Positions 9,189 through 17,096 of a stretch of 17,230 nt of DNA are shown one piece after another; position 1 is the first letter of the stretch, and the number at the start of each line of letters is the position of its first letter. The position numbers and the translations under genes are program-made. Source of the stretch: Desulfurella sp. (GTDB lineage: Bacteria > Campylobacterota_A > Desulfurellia > Desulfurellales > Desulfurellaceae); contig JAVRLY010000028.1 in assembly GCA_031960885.1 (NCBI GenBank), positions 1 to 17,230 of the forward strand. The letters run 5' to 3'. The notes under the pieces are model-generated. The model was not told the DNA's origin and ran no database searches. It worked only from the letters and a program-made list of their open reading frames with translations.

Positions 9189-10385
9189 CTATCTATCACA
9201 TTCGCCAAAAACAAAATCCAAACTTCCAATTACCGATATAATATCCGCAATATAATGCCCCTTTAGCATGACTGGCATAGCGCTTAAATTTATAAAAGAA
9301 GGAGAACGAATTTTTAGCCTATACGGCACGCCTTCCCCATTGGAGTAAATATAAAAACCAAGCTCGCCTTTTGGGTTTTCAGCACCAAAATAAGTTTCTC
9401 CAACAGGCGCTTTGATCCCTTGCACTACCTTTACAAAATGCTTCATTAGTGCATAATTTTTCTTCATTACATCTTCTTTTGGGTCCCACACGTATGGACT
9501 ATCTTTCATCATCACAGGTCCATCAGGAATTTTTTCTATACATTGTTCCAAAATCCTATTAGATTGGATCATCTCATCCATGCGCACAAGGTACCTATCA
9601 TAAACATCGCAATTATGATAAACTGGTATCTCAAAATTTAGCTGTGGGTATGCAGAGTATGGCATATCCCTCCTTAAATCCCAATCAATACTAGAACCCC
9701 TTGTGCAAGGACCAGCTATACCCCAGTTTATTGCATCTTCTTTTGAAATATAGCCAATATTTTTTGTACGTTTAAGCCATATCCTATTTTTAGAAAGCAA
9801 TGTATGGTATTCTTTTACTTTTAATGGGAAAAGCTTTACAAATTCTTTTAACTTATCTAAAAAGCCATCTGGCAAATCACGATTAACACCACCAATTCTA
9901 ATGTAATTGTAAGTAAGTCTGTTTCCGCATGCCATCTCATACATATCAAGAATGTATTCCCTTTCTCTAAAGCAATAAAGAAATACTGTCATAGCGCCAA
10001 TATCTAAAGCATGCGTTGCAAGCCAAACTAAGTGTGAAGCAATTCTGCCAAGTTCAGCCATAATTACGCGAATATACTCTGCCCTTTGGGGTATTTCACC
10101 ACTTATGCCAAGCAATTTTTCAACAGCCATAGCATAGGCAAAATTGTTGTTCATTGAAGCTAAGTAATCAAGTCTATCCGTAAATGGCATAAACTGTTGG
10201 TATGTCATATTTTCAGCAAACTTTTCAAATCCTCGATGCAAATATCCAACGTCTGGGTCAGATTCAACAATCTTTTCACCATCTAGTTTTACAACAAATC
10301 TCAAAACACCGTGAGTAGATGGGTGCTGAGGGCCCATATTCACTATAACTTCTCTTTCATTTTCAGCAACATAAGTTTTGTTCAT
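9189..10385 (-). CDS. nuoD: NADH-quinone oxidoreductase subunit D (quinone-binding 49-kDa family)
   Basis: NMGPQHPSTHGVLR, GYLHRGFEK, DRLDY, ENPKGELG, RSPSF and C-terminal GECDR. No NiFe CxxC motifs. Confidence 0.97.
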   Translation of the reverse strand: MNKTYVAENEREVIVNMGPQHPSTHGVLRFVVKLDGEKIVESDPDVGYLHRGFEKFAENMTYQQFMPFTDRLDYLASMNNNFAYAMAVEKLLGISGEIPQRAEYIRVIMAELGRIASHLVWLATHALDIGAMTVFLYCFREREYILDMYEMACGNRLTYNYIRIGGVNRDLPDGFLDKLKEFVKLFPLKVKEYHTLLSKNRIWLKRTKNIGYISKEDAINWGIAGPCTRGSSIDWDLRRDMPYSAYPQLNFEIPVYHNCDVYDRYLVRMDEMIQSNRILEQCIEKIPDGPVMMKDSPYVWDPKEDVMKKNYALMKHFVKVVQGIKAPVGETYFGAENPKGELGFYIYSNGEGVPYRLKIRSPSFINLSAMPVMLKGHYIADIISVIGSLDFVFGECDR

Positions 10386-10396
10386 ACCATATACTC

Positions 10397-10942
10397 CTAT
10401 TTTTGAGCTAAATTAAAAGGAGCCCTTACGTGTCTTGGCTTTTTTAATTGACCAAGTGGCAAGTGTTTATCTAAGTAAACATCGTCTTCTGGCCTTCCTT
10501 TTAATGGATAGTCTTTTCTTAATGGATAACCTGTCCAATCCTCTGGCATTAAGACCCTTCTCAAGTCAGGATGATTTCTAAAGATTATGCCAAACATGTC
10601 ATACGTTTCCCTTTCATCCCATGTAGCGGATTTATAAATATCAGTTACACTTTCAATTTCTTGATTTTCGCTAATATTGGTTTTGATGCGAAGCTGAAGT
10701 TTGTGAAGCAAAGAGCGCAATTGGTAAACAACTTGAAATCGTGGGTCTTTATCCACACCAAAGTCTAAAGCGCTAACAAGTACTAAATATTCAAAATTTA
10801 GCTCATCATGCAAATATTTTAAACAATCATGCGCTATATCGCAAGAAACAAGTATACTATATTCACCTCTAAATTCATTTATTTCTAAAACACCATCACC
10901 AAACTTACCCTTAACCAACTCTGCAACCGAAGAAACATCCAT
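10397..10942 (-). CDS. nuoC: NADH-quinone oxidoreductase subunit C
   Basis: RFQVVYQL and [47 protein letters not shown]. Separate from nuoD (not fused). Confidence 0.97.
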   Translation of the reverse strand: MDVSSVAELVKGKFGDGVLEINEFRGEYSILVSCDIAHDCLKYLHDELNFEYLVLVSALDFGVDKDPRFQVVYQLRSLLHKLQLRIKTNISENQEIESVTDIYKSATWDERETYDMFGIIFRNHPDLRRVLMPEDWTGYPLRKDYPLKGRPEDDVYLDKHLPLGQLKKPRHVRAPFNLAQK

Positions 10943-10974
10943 TGTTAACTCCTTATTTATTTATGTACTATGTA

Positions 10975-11436
10975 TTATGTGTTCATTGAACCTTCTTTTT
11001 TAATTTTCTCTTGTAGCTTCATTATACCATAAAGCAAGCCCTCTGGTCTTGGTGGACAACCAGGCACATATACGTCTACAGGTATTATTGTATCTACACC
11101 TTGCACAACGCTATATGAGTCAAACATGCCTCCAGAATTGGCGCAACTGCCCATTGATATAACCCACTTTGGCCTAGGCATTTGGTCATAAACTTTACGC
11201 GCAGCTATAGCCATTTTTTTAGTCAATGTGCCAGCTACTATCATTACATCTGAATGTCTTGGAGAAGCTCTAAACACAACGCCAAACCTATCTAAGTCAA
11301 ACCTTGAAGCGCCTGTTGCCATCATTTCTATTGCGCAACATGCCAAACCAAATGTTACAGGCCAAAAAGATGAATACCTACCCCAACTTACTAGCTTATC
11401 TAACTTTGTAGTAATCCAGGCATTCTCTATTCCCAT
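10975..11436 (-). CDS. nuoB: NADH-quinone oxidoreductase subunit B (cluster N2)
   Basis: [30 protein letters not shown] and [13 protein letters not shown]. Overlaps nuoA by 10 bp. Confidence 0.97.
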   Translation of the reverse strand: MGIENAWITTKLDKLVSWGRYSSFWPVTFGLACCAIEMMATGASRFDLDRFGVVFRASPRHSDVMIVAGTLTKKMAIAARKVYDQMPRPKWVISMGSCANSGGMFDSYSVVQGVDTIIPVDVYVPGCPPRPEGLLYGIMKLQEKIKKEGSMNT

Positions 11437-11777
11437 ACCAACGCTCCTTTTTTATAAGCATAAATCCAACCAATAAAAACCATTATAATAAACAAACCCA
11501 TCTCAATAACACCCAAAATTCCTAACTCTTTAAAATAAACTGCCCATGGATACATAAATATTGCTTCAATATCAAACAATGTGAACATGATAGCAATAAT
11601 GTAAAAACGAACATTAAAATATCGAAATTCATTAACCATAGGCGCACCGCATTCATACAAATCATACTTTTCTTTATCATACTCGTGCGGTGCTAGGTAT
11701 CGAGCAGCTATGACCATACCTGCAAAAATCAAAAATAGCAGCAATAATGCTACAAATGCAATCAACCAATCAATCAT
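11427..11777 (-). CDS. nuoA: NADH-quinone oxidoreductase subunit A
   Basis: 116 aa, 3 TM, with [25 protein letters not shown] and [16 protein letters not shown] 8 nt upstream. Confidence 0.97.
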   Translation of the reverse strand: MIDWLIAFVALLLLFLIFAGMVIAARYLAPHEYDKEKYDLYECGAPMVNEFRYFNVRFYIIAIMFTLFDIEAIFMYPWAVYFKELGILGVIEMGLFIIMVFIGWIYAYKKGALVWE

Positions 11778-11905
11778 ACACCAAACCTCCTATGCTTTTA
11801 AAGGTAAAACTAACTGTTTAGAACTATATATGATGCGTATCCCAAGAAAAAAGCATTTATATCTAAGCCTACAAGTCACAAACTACAATTGCCTCCTTGC
11901 TAGAA

Positions 11906-11934
11906 AGTTATAAATTCGTGGTGAATTTTATACT
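11906..11934. promoter_or_regulatory. imperfect AT-rich inverted repeat between the pseudouridine synthase gene and nuoA (candidate operator or weak hairpin)
   Basis: Perfect core AAATTC-gtggt-GAATTT (11912-11928), extending with bulges to AGTTATAAATTC / GAATTTTATACT. Function not determinable from sequence. Confidence 0.3.
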
Positions 11935-11935
11935 A

Positions 11936-12628
11936 TCATTTGCTTTGTGTCAATTGCAATAATTCATTTTTTTCTAAAAATCTATACTCACCTGGTGCTA
12001 AATTTCCTAATTGCACATCACCAATCGATACTCTTTTTAGCACGCCTATGCCAATATCGAATTTCTTAAAAAATCTTCTAATAACTCTATTTCTGCCAGA
12101 ATTCATAGAAAGTTTTATCCATAATCTATTGTGTGTAAATGAGATTGAGATGGGTTTAAAAAAACCATCTTCAAGTATAGCGCCTTTTGAGAGTGTATCT
12201 ATAACACTATCGTCTATCTGTTTTTGAGTTCTAATAAGATAAGTTTTTTTCATTTTTGATGATGGATGCGCGATGTTATTTGCAAACAATCCATCATTTG
12301 TAATCAATATCAAACCTTCTGAAAGATAATCCAGTCTGCCTACGGGAAAAACTCTAACATCTAAATGATTAAAAAAATCGCCAATACATTGGTGAGTACT
12401 ATCGCTTACACTTGAGATAACATAGGGCGGTTTGTAAAATGCAAAATACAACTTGCTTTCAAGTCTCAAAGGCTTGCCTTTATACGCAACTACTGAGACT
12501 TTTGGGTCAATGTCTATAAAATCCCTTATGATTTGACTATCAACACTAATTAATCCATCTTTAATAAACTTTTCAGTTTTTCGCCTTGAGCCTAAACCGC
12601 AAGATGCCAAGTATTGATTTAACCTCAT
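11936..12628 (-). CDS. rRNA pseudouridine synthase, RsuA/RluB/RluE/RluF family with N-terminal S4 domain
   Basis: [17 protein letters not shown] (S4-like start), [24 protein letters not shown] (catalytic Asp motif), GRNRVIRR and LKRVSIG. Most like RluB, but the subfamily is not certain. ATGA overlap with rpoD. Confidence 0.93.
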   Translation of the reverse strand: MRLNQYLASCGLGSRRKTEKFIKDGLISVDSQIIRDFIDIDPKVSVVAYKGKPLRLESKLYFAFYKPPYVISSVSDSTHQCIGDFFNHLDVRVFPVGRLDYLSEGLILITNDGLFANNIAHPSSKMKKTYLIRTQKQIDDSVIDTLSKGAILEDGFFKPISISFTHNRLWIKLSMNSGRNRVIRRFFKKFDIGIGVLKRVSIGDVQLGNLAPGEYRFLEKNELLQLTQSK

Positions 12629-14103
12629 TCCATGAAACTCACTAAGGCTTTTGAACGCTTTGGGTGCCTTAATTTTTTAATTGCTTTTGCTTCAATCTGC
12701 CTTACGCGTTCTCTTGTAACTCCAAGCACTCTGCCTACTTCTTCAAGCGTATGGTCAAAACCCGTTGTTATGCCAAATCTCATACGTAAAACTTTTTGTT
12801 CTCGCTCGCTTAGCGTAGATAACACTACTTCTATCTTTTCTGAAAGATCGGATTCAATCACTGTATCAAGCGGTGATGCAGCATTTTTGTCTTCTATAAA
12901 ATCCTCTAACCTTGTATCTTCTTCATCGCCAATAGGTGTTTCAAGGGATATAGGTTCTTTCACTATTTTTAAAATGTTTTTAATTTTTTCAACCGGCACG
13001 CTAAGGCTCTCTGATAATTCCTGTACGCTGGGTTCTCTGCCATTTTCTTGCACTAACAACTTTGATGTCCTAACAATTTTATTTATTGTCTCTATCATAT
13101 GAACAGGAATACGTATAGTCCTAGCCTGGTCTGCAATAGCGCGCGATATTGATTGTCTTATCCACCATGTCGCGTACGTTGAAAATTTAAAACCTCTTTT
13201 GTAATCAAATTTATCAACAGCTTTCATCAGACCAATATTGCCTTCTTGTATAAGGTCTAAAAAAGATAAACCCCTGCTTAAATACTTTTTTGCTATTGAT
13301 ACAACAAGCCTTAAATTTGCTTTAATCATTCTTTGTTTTGCACTTTCAATTATAGACCTAATTTTTTCGAGTTTGTTTAACTGTTCAAATATTTGGTTTT
13401 TTTCTTCGCTTGATTCGAGTTTGTAAGCTTTTTGTTTGAAGCTCTCTATCATTCCTCCTATGTATGTATCATTAAGAGAAATTTCTCTTAAATTGTGCAA
13501 AATTTTTTCTTGGTAGTCTGGATTTTTTTCCTTTTTATATAAAGCAAGTGTTTCTTTTATTTCCGAAAATACAATTAGGAATTTCTGCTTTGTTGTGAAA
13601 TCTTCTTCATCTTCTTGTTTTACATCATCAAAAGAGCTATCAAGCGCATTTGATATATTTTTGAGTTTAATAGTATTGTTGCTTACATTGTATATTAAAT
13701 CATCCAAAGCTGAACCAAAAAAAGGCACATTTATGAGCGTTTCTAATAATAAATTTTTTTCATCTATAATTTTTTTTGCAAGCTCAATCTCTTCATCTCT
13801 ATCGAGCAAGTCTATCGTTCCCATTTCGGAGAAGTACATTTTTATGGCACTTTTGATTTCTGTATCTTCTTCTAGTAATTCTTCTTCTTTTATTATTGCA
13901 GCGGGTATTTTTTTGGCATCTGCTTCGTTGTCTAATATATCGATATTAAGATTATCGCATTTGTCCATTAAATCATCAATTTCTTCGATATTAATATCGT
14001 CCGGTAAAAGTTTATTAATATCATCGTAGGTTAAATAACCTTTCTTTTTGCCTTCTTCTATAAGACTACTTGAAAAAATGTCCTCGCTAGATGCTTTATC
14101 CAT
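12625..14103 (-). CDS. rpoD: RNA polymerase primary sigma factor sigma70
   Basis: Region 1.1 ([13 protein letters not shown]), region 2 ([42 protein letters not shown]), [13 protein letters not shown], region 3.2 (PISLETPIG) and region 4.2 ([21 protein letters not shown]). SD AGGAGG inside mobA. Confidence 0.98.
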   Translation of the reverse strand: MDKASSEDIFSSSLIEEGKKKGYLTYDDINKLLPDDINIEEIDDLMDKCDNLNIDILDNEADAKKIPAAIIKEEELLEEDTEIKSAIKMYFSEMGTIDLLDRDEEIELAKKIIDEKNLLLETLINVPFFGSALDDLIYNVSNNTIKLKNISNALDSSFDDVKQEDEEDFTTKQKFLIVFSEIKETLALYKKEKNPDYQEKILHNLREISLNDTYIGGMIESFKQKAYKLESSEEKNQIFEQLNKLEKIRSIIESAKQRMIKANLRLVVSIAKKYLSRGLSFLDLIQEGNIGLMKAVDKFDYKRGFKFSTYATWWIRQSISRAIADQARTIRIPVHMIETINKIVRTSKLLVQENGREPSVQELSESLSVPVEKIKNILKIVKEPISLETPIGDEEDTRLEDFIEDKNAASPLDTVIESDLSEKIEVVLSTLSEREQKVLRMRFGITTGFDHTLEEVGRVLGVTRERVRQIEAKAIKKLRHPKRSKALVSFME

Positions 14104-14683
14104 TTGTTCCTCCTACCAAGTTTTCATAATCTTCTTTCGTATTTATATTTATAATCGATTCTTTAATATTACAATTGAACTTTGATACATACTTAACTTT
14201 TGCATCACGCAAAAGTCCCTTTAAGCTAAAATAATCTTTCATTTCGATTTTGTTGTATAAAGATTTGCTATAAAAGCCATGCAATACTTGTGGTTTATCT
14301 ACAAACGGCAATATGCAATCCCACAAGCCGTCCACATAAGACATTAACTCTTTTATACATTCTTTTTTAATATTTGGCATATCGCATCCGCATACAAACA
14401 AATAATCATTTTCTGTCACTTTTAAACCTTGCCTTAAACCTTCAATGGGTCCAAAAAAACTCTTTGAATCTTCTACAATTTTAACCCCATTTTTTATAAT
14501 TTGTGTATAATTTTGAGTTTTGTCAACCGCAACAATCACTTCTCCAAATATTTCTAGTAGTTTATTAACAATAATGTCGATAAAAGGCTCATTGTTTTTT
14601 AGCAAATAGGCTTTATTTTGTCCGATCCTTTGAGATTTACCTCCACACAAAACAAGCGCACCCAATTTCAACATCTCTACCAC
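14096..14683 (-). CDS. mobA: molybdenum cofactor guanylyltransferase (start GTG 14683 or ATG 14674)
   Basis: [29 protein letters not shown] and NINTKEDY are MobA family motifs. Overlaps rpoD by 8 bp. Confidence 0.9.
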   Translation of the reverse strand: MVEMLKLGALVLCGGKSQRIGQNKAYLLKNNEPFIDIIVNKLLEIFGEVIVAVDKTQNYTQIIKNGVKIVEDSKSFFGPIEGLRQGLKVTENDYLFVCGCDMPNIKKECIKELMSYVDGLWDCILPFVDKPQVLHGFYSKSLYNKIEMKDYFSLKGLLRDAKVKYVSKFNCNIKESIININTKEDYENLVGGTNG

Positions 14684-14690
14684 GTGCTAT

Positions 14691-14718
14691 AAAGTAATTA
14701 AAACTCTTAAAAAGTCAA
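14691..14718 (-). promoter_or_regulatory. putative sigma70 promoter for mobA-rpoD-rlu
   Basis: -35 TTGACT (14718-14713), 16-nt spacer, -10 TACTTT (14696-14691; TAnnnT core). Confidence 0.5.
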
Positions 14719-14723
14719 TAGTA

Positions 14724-14752
14724 TTGACACAAAAAATTTTTTTCTATATAAA
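14724..14752 (+). promoter_or_regulatory. putative sigma70 promoter for mscS-family operon
   Basis: Perfect -35 TTGACA (14724-14729), 17-nt spacer, TATAAA (14747-14752). Alternative -10 is TAAAGT (14749-14754). Confidence 0.6.
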
Positions 14753-14759
14753 GTTTATT

Positions 14760-16754
14760 ATGAGGCTTTTTAAAATACTCATAATTACTATATTTTGCAT
14801 GATAATTTTCAAAGCAATCTCTTATGGTTCTACATTGATTACGCAAAGCTCACAAGACTCAATTGAGGCCATTAAAAAAATAGAGCAACAAACCTACACA
14901 CAAATAAGCAAAACGAAAGACCCAAATGTACTTGACAAGCTGTATGTTAAAATCGATTTGTTAAGGGAGTTAAAAAGTCTCTATCTTACTAAGCCAAAGC
15001 TCCAAAATGAAGAAAAGCTAGGTAGGTTGCTCAAAGCAAAAGTCATTTATTTTGATGAATTTAATAATTTTGTTGATTATTTAACTAACTTAAGCAATAC
15101 AATAAATAGTTTAGAAAAAACAATACAGCACCTTAAAGAGAGAAAAAAAATATTAAATGAAAAATTCTTATCAACACAAAAAAATACGCTTGATGAAGAG
15201 CTTTTAGATTTAAGATACAAAATTACACAAACAAAGATTGATCAAGCAAAGAAAAATATTGATAATATAAATCAATTTTTAAATAACTCATATAAATCAA
15301 TGGATGCCATAACGCATAAAATCGCCATGGACCGCTATGCTTTAAAAAATATTGATGAAAAGATTAAAGCGCGTGAGAGATACTACGATGAAACTCAAGA
15401 TGATATTGTTTCTCAAAATATACAGCTTGATACCCAAATCCAGCTTTTAGTTTCACAGATTTTACATTCTACCTACAACTTGCCCTATCTACAAAACAGA
15501 TTAGCTCAACTTGAAAACCAAAAACTCTACAATGAAAACCAATTATTTTCTATATTAATATCAATAATTGATTTGAAAGTGAGACGTTACTTAATCAGAC
15601 TTATAGAAAATAAAAACTCAACGGATAACGTTTCTGAGTACAACCACATACAAAATGAAATACGAAAAATCGAAAATTCAATTGACACCAATATTCAGTT
15701 TATAACAAACTATTCACCACCTAATTACACATCAAACGCTCAAATTTCGTATTTTGTATATTTTAAACAAACACTATTGGATTTAATGACCTATAAGCAA
15801 AATCTAAGCTTACTAGAAAACAAACTAAATACAATCAAAAAAATCATGTTGCATATACAAAATCCTTCTATCTACGCCATAAACAAGACTGCAAAATACA
15901 TTAAAAATTTAGGCATTCAAATTGCCCAAATACTAAATTACTCTTTTTTTGAATACAAAGGCATTGATTTATCTCTATCTTTAATATTAAAAATCATTAT
16001 TTTGCTAATTTTAGGATTCTTAATAGATAAGCATTACAAAAAGAGTTTAGAAAAACTCAAACTCAAACAATCTATTGGAGAAGCAAACATACAAATCTTA
16101 AAAACATTGGGCTCTTACACAATTGTATTTGTAATTTTAGCTATAGCATTAACATTTGTAGGCGTAAATGCTTCTACAATTGCCCTTATTGCTGGTGCAT
16201 TAAGCGTTGGGCTGGGCTTTGGCTTGCAAACAATAGCTAATAATATGGTTTCTGGCATTATAATCATATTTGAACAGCTAATTAAACCAGGCGATATTGT
16301 AAACATACCCGAAAATAACATAACAGGCGTAGTTGTTGAAACGAAACTAAGATCGACGATAATCAAAGCATACGATAATACAGATATTGTTGTGCCAAAC
16401 TCTTACTTTATAAACTCAAAAGTTATTAATTCCACATACTCACCCGGCTCAATAAAACTAAAGATTCCATTCATAGTTGACACAAACTGTGATATTGAAA
16501 AGGTCAAAAGCATTGTCATTGATGAATTAAACAAGCAAGAATACATACTAAAAACCGACCCATATTCACCAAAATGTGTTTTATTGAAACAAAGCATATA
16601 TGGCTTAGAATTTGAAGCGTGGGCTTGGATAGAAAAAAACGACCTAAAAGCGCCAATATGGCTTCAAGAATTTTATTTTGTAAAAATTATTGAAGCTCTA
16701 AAACAAAATGGCGTGCAACTTGCAAACATTAACCGTATTTTGGAGGTAAAATGA
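14760..16754 (+). CDS. MscS-family mechanosensitive channel with large N-terminal extracytoplasmic coiled-coil domain
   Basis: The C-terminal ~270 aa has 3 TM and the MscS signature AGALSVGLGFGLQTIANNMVSGIIIIFEQLIKPGD...LRSTII...IVVPNS. The N-terminus MRLFKILIITIFCMIIFKAISYG looks like a signal peptide. ATG 14760 is preferred over the track's TTG 14724, which is the -35 box. Confidence 0.9.
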   Translation: MRLFKILIITIFCMIIFKAISYGSTLITQSSQDSIEAIKKIEQQTYTQISKTKDPNVLDKLYVKIDLLRELKSLYLTKPKLQNEEKLGRLLKAKVIYFDEFNNFVDYLTNLSNTINSLEKTIQHLKERKKILNEKFLSTQKNTLDEELLDLRYKITQTKIDQAKKNIDNINQFLNNSYKSMDAITHKIAMDRYALKNIDEKIKARERYYDETQDDIVSQNIQLDTQIQLLVSQILHSTYNLPYLQNRLAQLENQKLYNENQLFSILISIIDLKVRRYLIRLIENKNSTDNVSEYNHIQNEIRKIENSIDTNIQFITNYSPPNYTSNAQISYFVYFKQTLLDLMTYKQNLSLLENKLNTIKKIMLHIQNPSIYAINKTAKYIKNLGIQIAQILNYSFFEYKGIDLSLSLILKIIILLILGFLIDKHYKKSLEKLKLKQSIGEANIQILKTLGSYTIVFVILAIALTFVGVNASTIALIAGALSVGLGFGLQTIANNMVSGIIIIFEQLIKPGDIVNIPENNITGVVVETKLRSTIIKAYDNTDIVVPNSYFINSKVINSTYSPGSIKLKIPFIVDTNCDIEKVKSIVIDELNKQEYILKTDPYSPKCVLLKQSIYGLEFEAWAWIEKNDLKAPIWLQEFYFVKIIEALKQNGVQLANINRILEVK

Positions 16755-17086
16755 TTTTCTTAATCAAATGGGTAATAAACTCTATTGCTTTGGGCGTTAG
16801 TGTAATGATTGTAAAAGGACTATATGTTGAAAGCGTATTTTCGCTAATCGCTGCAAGTTTGGTTATAGGTTTGTTAAATACTTTTATAAGGCCTTTTTTA
16901 ATACTTTTAACGCTGCCTATAAACATACTGACGCTTGGCTTATTTACTTTGATTATTAACGCACTGTTGTTTTACCTTGCTTCTTATATTGTAAAGGGAT
17001 TTACTGTAGAAAGCTTTTTTAGCGCACTTGCAGGTTCAATTATAATGAGTATAATTGGTCTGATATTGAATGCTTTTGTGGATTAG
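16751..17086 (+). CDS. YvlD/DUF360 (phage holin family 4-2) 4-TM membrane protein
   Basis: 111 aa, hydrophobic, with the family signature NTFIRPFLILLTLPINILTLGLFTLIINALLF...VKGF-V-SFFSAL-GS. ATGA overlap with mscS; SD GGAGG. Confidence 0.88.
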   Translation: MIFLIKWVINSIALGVSVMIVKGLYVESVFSLIAASLVIGLLNTFIRPFLILLTLPINILTLGLFTLIINALLFYLASYIVKGFTVESFFSALAGSIIMSIIGLILNAFVD

Positions 17087-17096
17087 GGGGTAAAAA

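Noticed and set aside
10950..10982. Short repeats (ACATA x3, AATA x2 on the minus strand) around the nuoB-nuoC spacer
   Set aside because: Too short and low-complexity in an AT-rich genome to support a function, and the 32-bp spacer cannot hold a gene.
9189..11436. Group 4 [NiFe]-hydrogenase (Ech/Hyc-like) interpretation
   Set aside because: NuoD lacks both Ni-binding CxxC motifs and has complex I quinone-site motifs. NuoB has the tandem CC typical of complex I.
11877..11888. TTG-TAG-TTT-GTG as amber read-through (pyrrolysine-type recoding)
   Set aside because: The SD-TTG spacing is only 3 nt and nothing in the window indicates recoding machinery.
453..14029. Plus-strand ORFs in the track (453, 774, 1470, 1764, 4465, 5396, 7426, 7666, 7894, 8733, 10571, 11228, 11710, 11940, 12632, 13238, 13595) and minus-strand 8675..8908
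   Set aside because: All lie antisense to, or out of frame within, well-supported genes (11710..11913 partly covers the spacer) and show no recognisable motifs. They are typical shadow ORFs.
14724..14759. TTG 14724 as the mscS start codon
   Set aside because: The TTG is the first half of a perfect TTGACA -35 box and has no SD. ATG 14760 gives a clean signal-peptide-like N-terminus.
16115..16926. Minus-strand ORFs 16115..16366, 16403..16597 and 16729..16926
   Set aside because: Antisense shadows of mscS and the holin-like gene, with no independent support.
16751..17086. Prophage remnant suggested by the 'phage holin' family name
   Set aside because: No integrase, endolysin, structural gene or att-like repeat in view. 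This family is common in non-phage chromosomal contexts.
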